Positions 62,635-64,000 of a DNA stretch of 64,000 nucleotides are shown one piece after another; within the stretch, counting starts at the first letter, position 1, and every line of letters starts with the position of its first letter. The DNA comes from Bispira polyomma (taxonomy: Eukaryota), in assembly GCA_965649765.1 (NCBI GenBank), contig OZ287756.1, positions 31,868,001 through 31,932,000 on the forward strand, read 5' to 3'. The notes under the pieces are model-generated. The model saw nothing but the letters and a program-made list of their open reading frames with translations, ran no database searches and was not told where the DNA came from. A program made the translations under genes and the position numbers.

Positions 62635-64000
62635 TCAAATGGCATTACTTTTCCACACCATGTGGAGTTTAATACTGTCCAAAGGGATGTTGGCATCATA
62701 AGCTGTGGTTGCTGCGAACCTTTTGAATGTGTGAAACCCATGGCCATCTAGAGGGATTTCACAAATGCTGAGAATCGAGGCTAAACGCCTCCTAACCATA
62801 GATTGAGTGACCAACTGAAACTGTGCATCTACAAACAAAGGGTCCCCTAAGGGAAATCTAACTGAAGTAAGGAGAGCCTCAATGGCCTGAATGGGACACA
62901 TAAGGGGATTTGTACTCTGGCTACAATAATAGTACAAGACTCATCTACCCTTTGCATATTCTTGACCCATTTCAGTTTAATGTGTAAACCCGGAGGTGCA
63001 AACATTATGTCCTTTCTACAGATTATTCTGGGGCCACGGTGGCCTAGTGGTTAGCAAGCATTGCGCTTTACAATCACTGGTTTCTCATCTTTGGGCGGCG
63101 TGAGTTCGAATCCCGTCGATGCCTATGTGGGAAAGGTGGTAGTTCCTTACTGTGGGCCGCTGGTTTCAGTGCAGAACCTTGACCGACTGTATGCAGTGTT
63201 TCCTCCAGCGTTTCCAACTACCTGTCCCAATATAACCTACTAAAAGGTACTAGAGTGGACGTTAAATATCCAAATTCAAATTCACAGATTATTCTTGATA
63301 AATCCACATCTCTCTGAAAGGGGTGTGCGATATTTGAGATCCTAAGAAAAGCATAAAACGCAATAAGGAACATAACTTTATAAGAGTACTTTCGAACACT
63401 GTGCATGCTTGGGAAATATCCTTGATACCATGCAATGAGAACAAGCCCTTTGGGCTTACCAATCTCCTACCATTTATCATAGCCGACGTATTTCCTGACT
63501 AAAACTATGATCCCAAATGTGCATATTCAATGCATAATTCACACTGGAAAACTTTATAGCTGAAATGTAATTATTTACTACCCTATAAGTGAGATTCTGT
63601 GAAACTAAAAACTCTAGAAAAAACAACACAGTGGATACCGTCACACTGTCTACTAATTTACACTTTATCATAAACGCTAAGAACACTCTTAACTGTTTAT
63701 TGTAAGCCATTTCTGTAGCTGGCCTAACTGCTGTTGCAGACCTGTTAATTGCCAAATCCAGCATAGCGACAAGGTTCTGAGGAACATCTACAATGAGTCA
63801 CATAAAATAATGCATCAGATGAAATATTATCCCTAATTTCCTTACTGAACACTTCCCTGAGCTTGCCGCCACAGAGAAGGGATAATGCATCTGCCTCTAG
63901 ATTATTTTTTCCTGCTATATGTGCAACTGTCAATTCAATGTGATATTTGATTACTTGTAACCAAATGTTACGAATGCACAGCCCCATGAATGTATTCTTG
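62635..64000 (-). mobile_element. DIRS-type tyrosine-recombinase retrotransposon remnant: RNase H C-terminus followed by frameshifted YR
   Basis: RNase H end IRNIWL...HIAGKNNLEADALS. YR fragments YISAIK, FLIAFYAFLRISN, FAPPGLHIKLKWVK, CPIQA, GFHTFKRFAAT and HMVWKSNAI. Confidence 0.92.
63030..63283 (+). mobile_element. tRNA-derived SINE inserted in the DIRS recombinase, 12-bp TSD
   Basis: GGGGCCACGGTGGCCTAGTGG...GTTCGAATCCC. TSD ACAGATTATTCT at 63018-63029 and 63284-63295. Confidence 0.95.

Noticed and set aside
63030-63120. Possible tRNA genes (also 1876, 2921, 39030-39116)
   Set aside because: A/B boxes are present, but the sequences run into SINE bodies with tails or TSDs, or lack a full cloverleaf.
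62635-63764. Phage integrase or horizontal transfer interpretation of the tyrosine recombinase
   Set aside because: The adjacent RNase H C-terminus and gene order identify a DIRS retrotransposon.

Overview
AT-rich, intron-containing animal genomic DNA; the repeat content and gene architecture suggest a mollusc or other lophotrochozoan (inference). Two spliced host genes can be rebuilt on the minus strand, and neither is complete in the ORF track. (1) 13483-26889 is a type-I membrane receptor: signal peptide, F-type lectin (fucolectin/FTP) domain, EGF-like stalk of MEGF10/SREC type, TM helix and a tyrosine-motif tail. The stalk is an array of symmetric phase 1-1 exons; five of eight are broken while all non-EGF exons are open. 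A duplicate signal-peptide exon and upstream block lie 4.1 kb upstream. (2) 40823-49670 is a divergent importin-alpha-like ARM protein (3 coding exons, about 565 aa) with no recognisable IBB domain; its last 3' splice site has been amplified into a minisatellite. The rest is mobile and repetitive DNA: L2-clade LINE remnants, tRNA-derived SINEs, a structured non-tRNA short retroposon with an L2 tail, a Harbinger fossil, a solo LTR, several MITEs with readable TSDs, Helentron-type elements with satellites, a CACTA-like element with a spliced SAMD3-like pseudogene, and a decayed DIRS element. All calls are by eye; no database search was run. No prokaryotic-type system was seen, and I cannot establish that any finding is previously undescribed.
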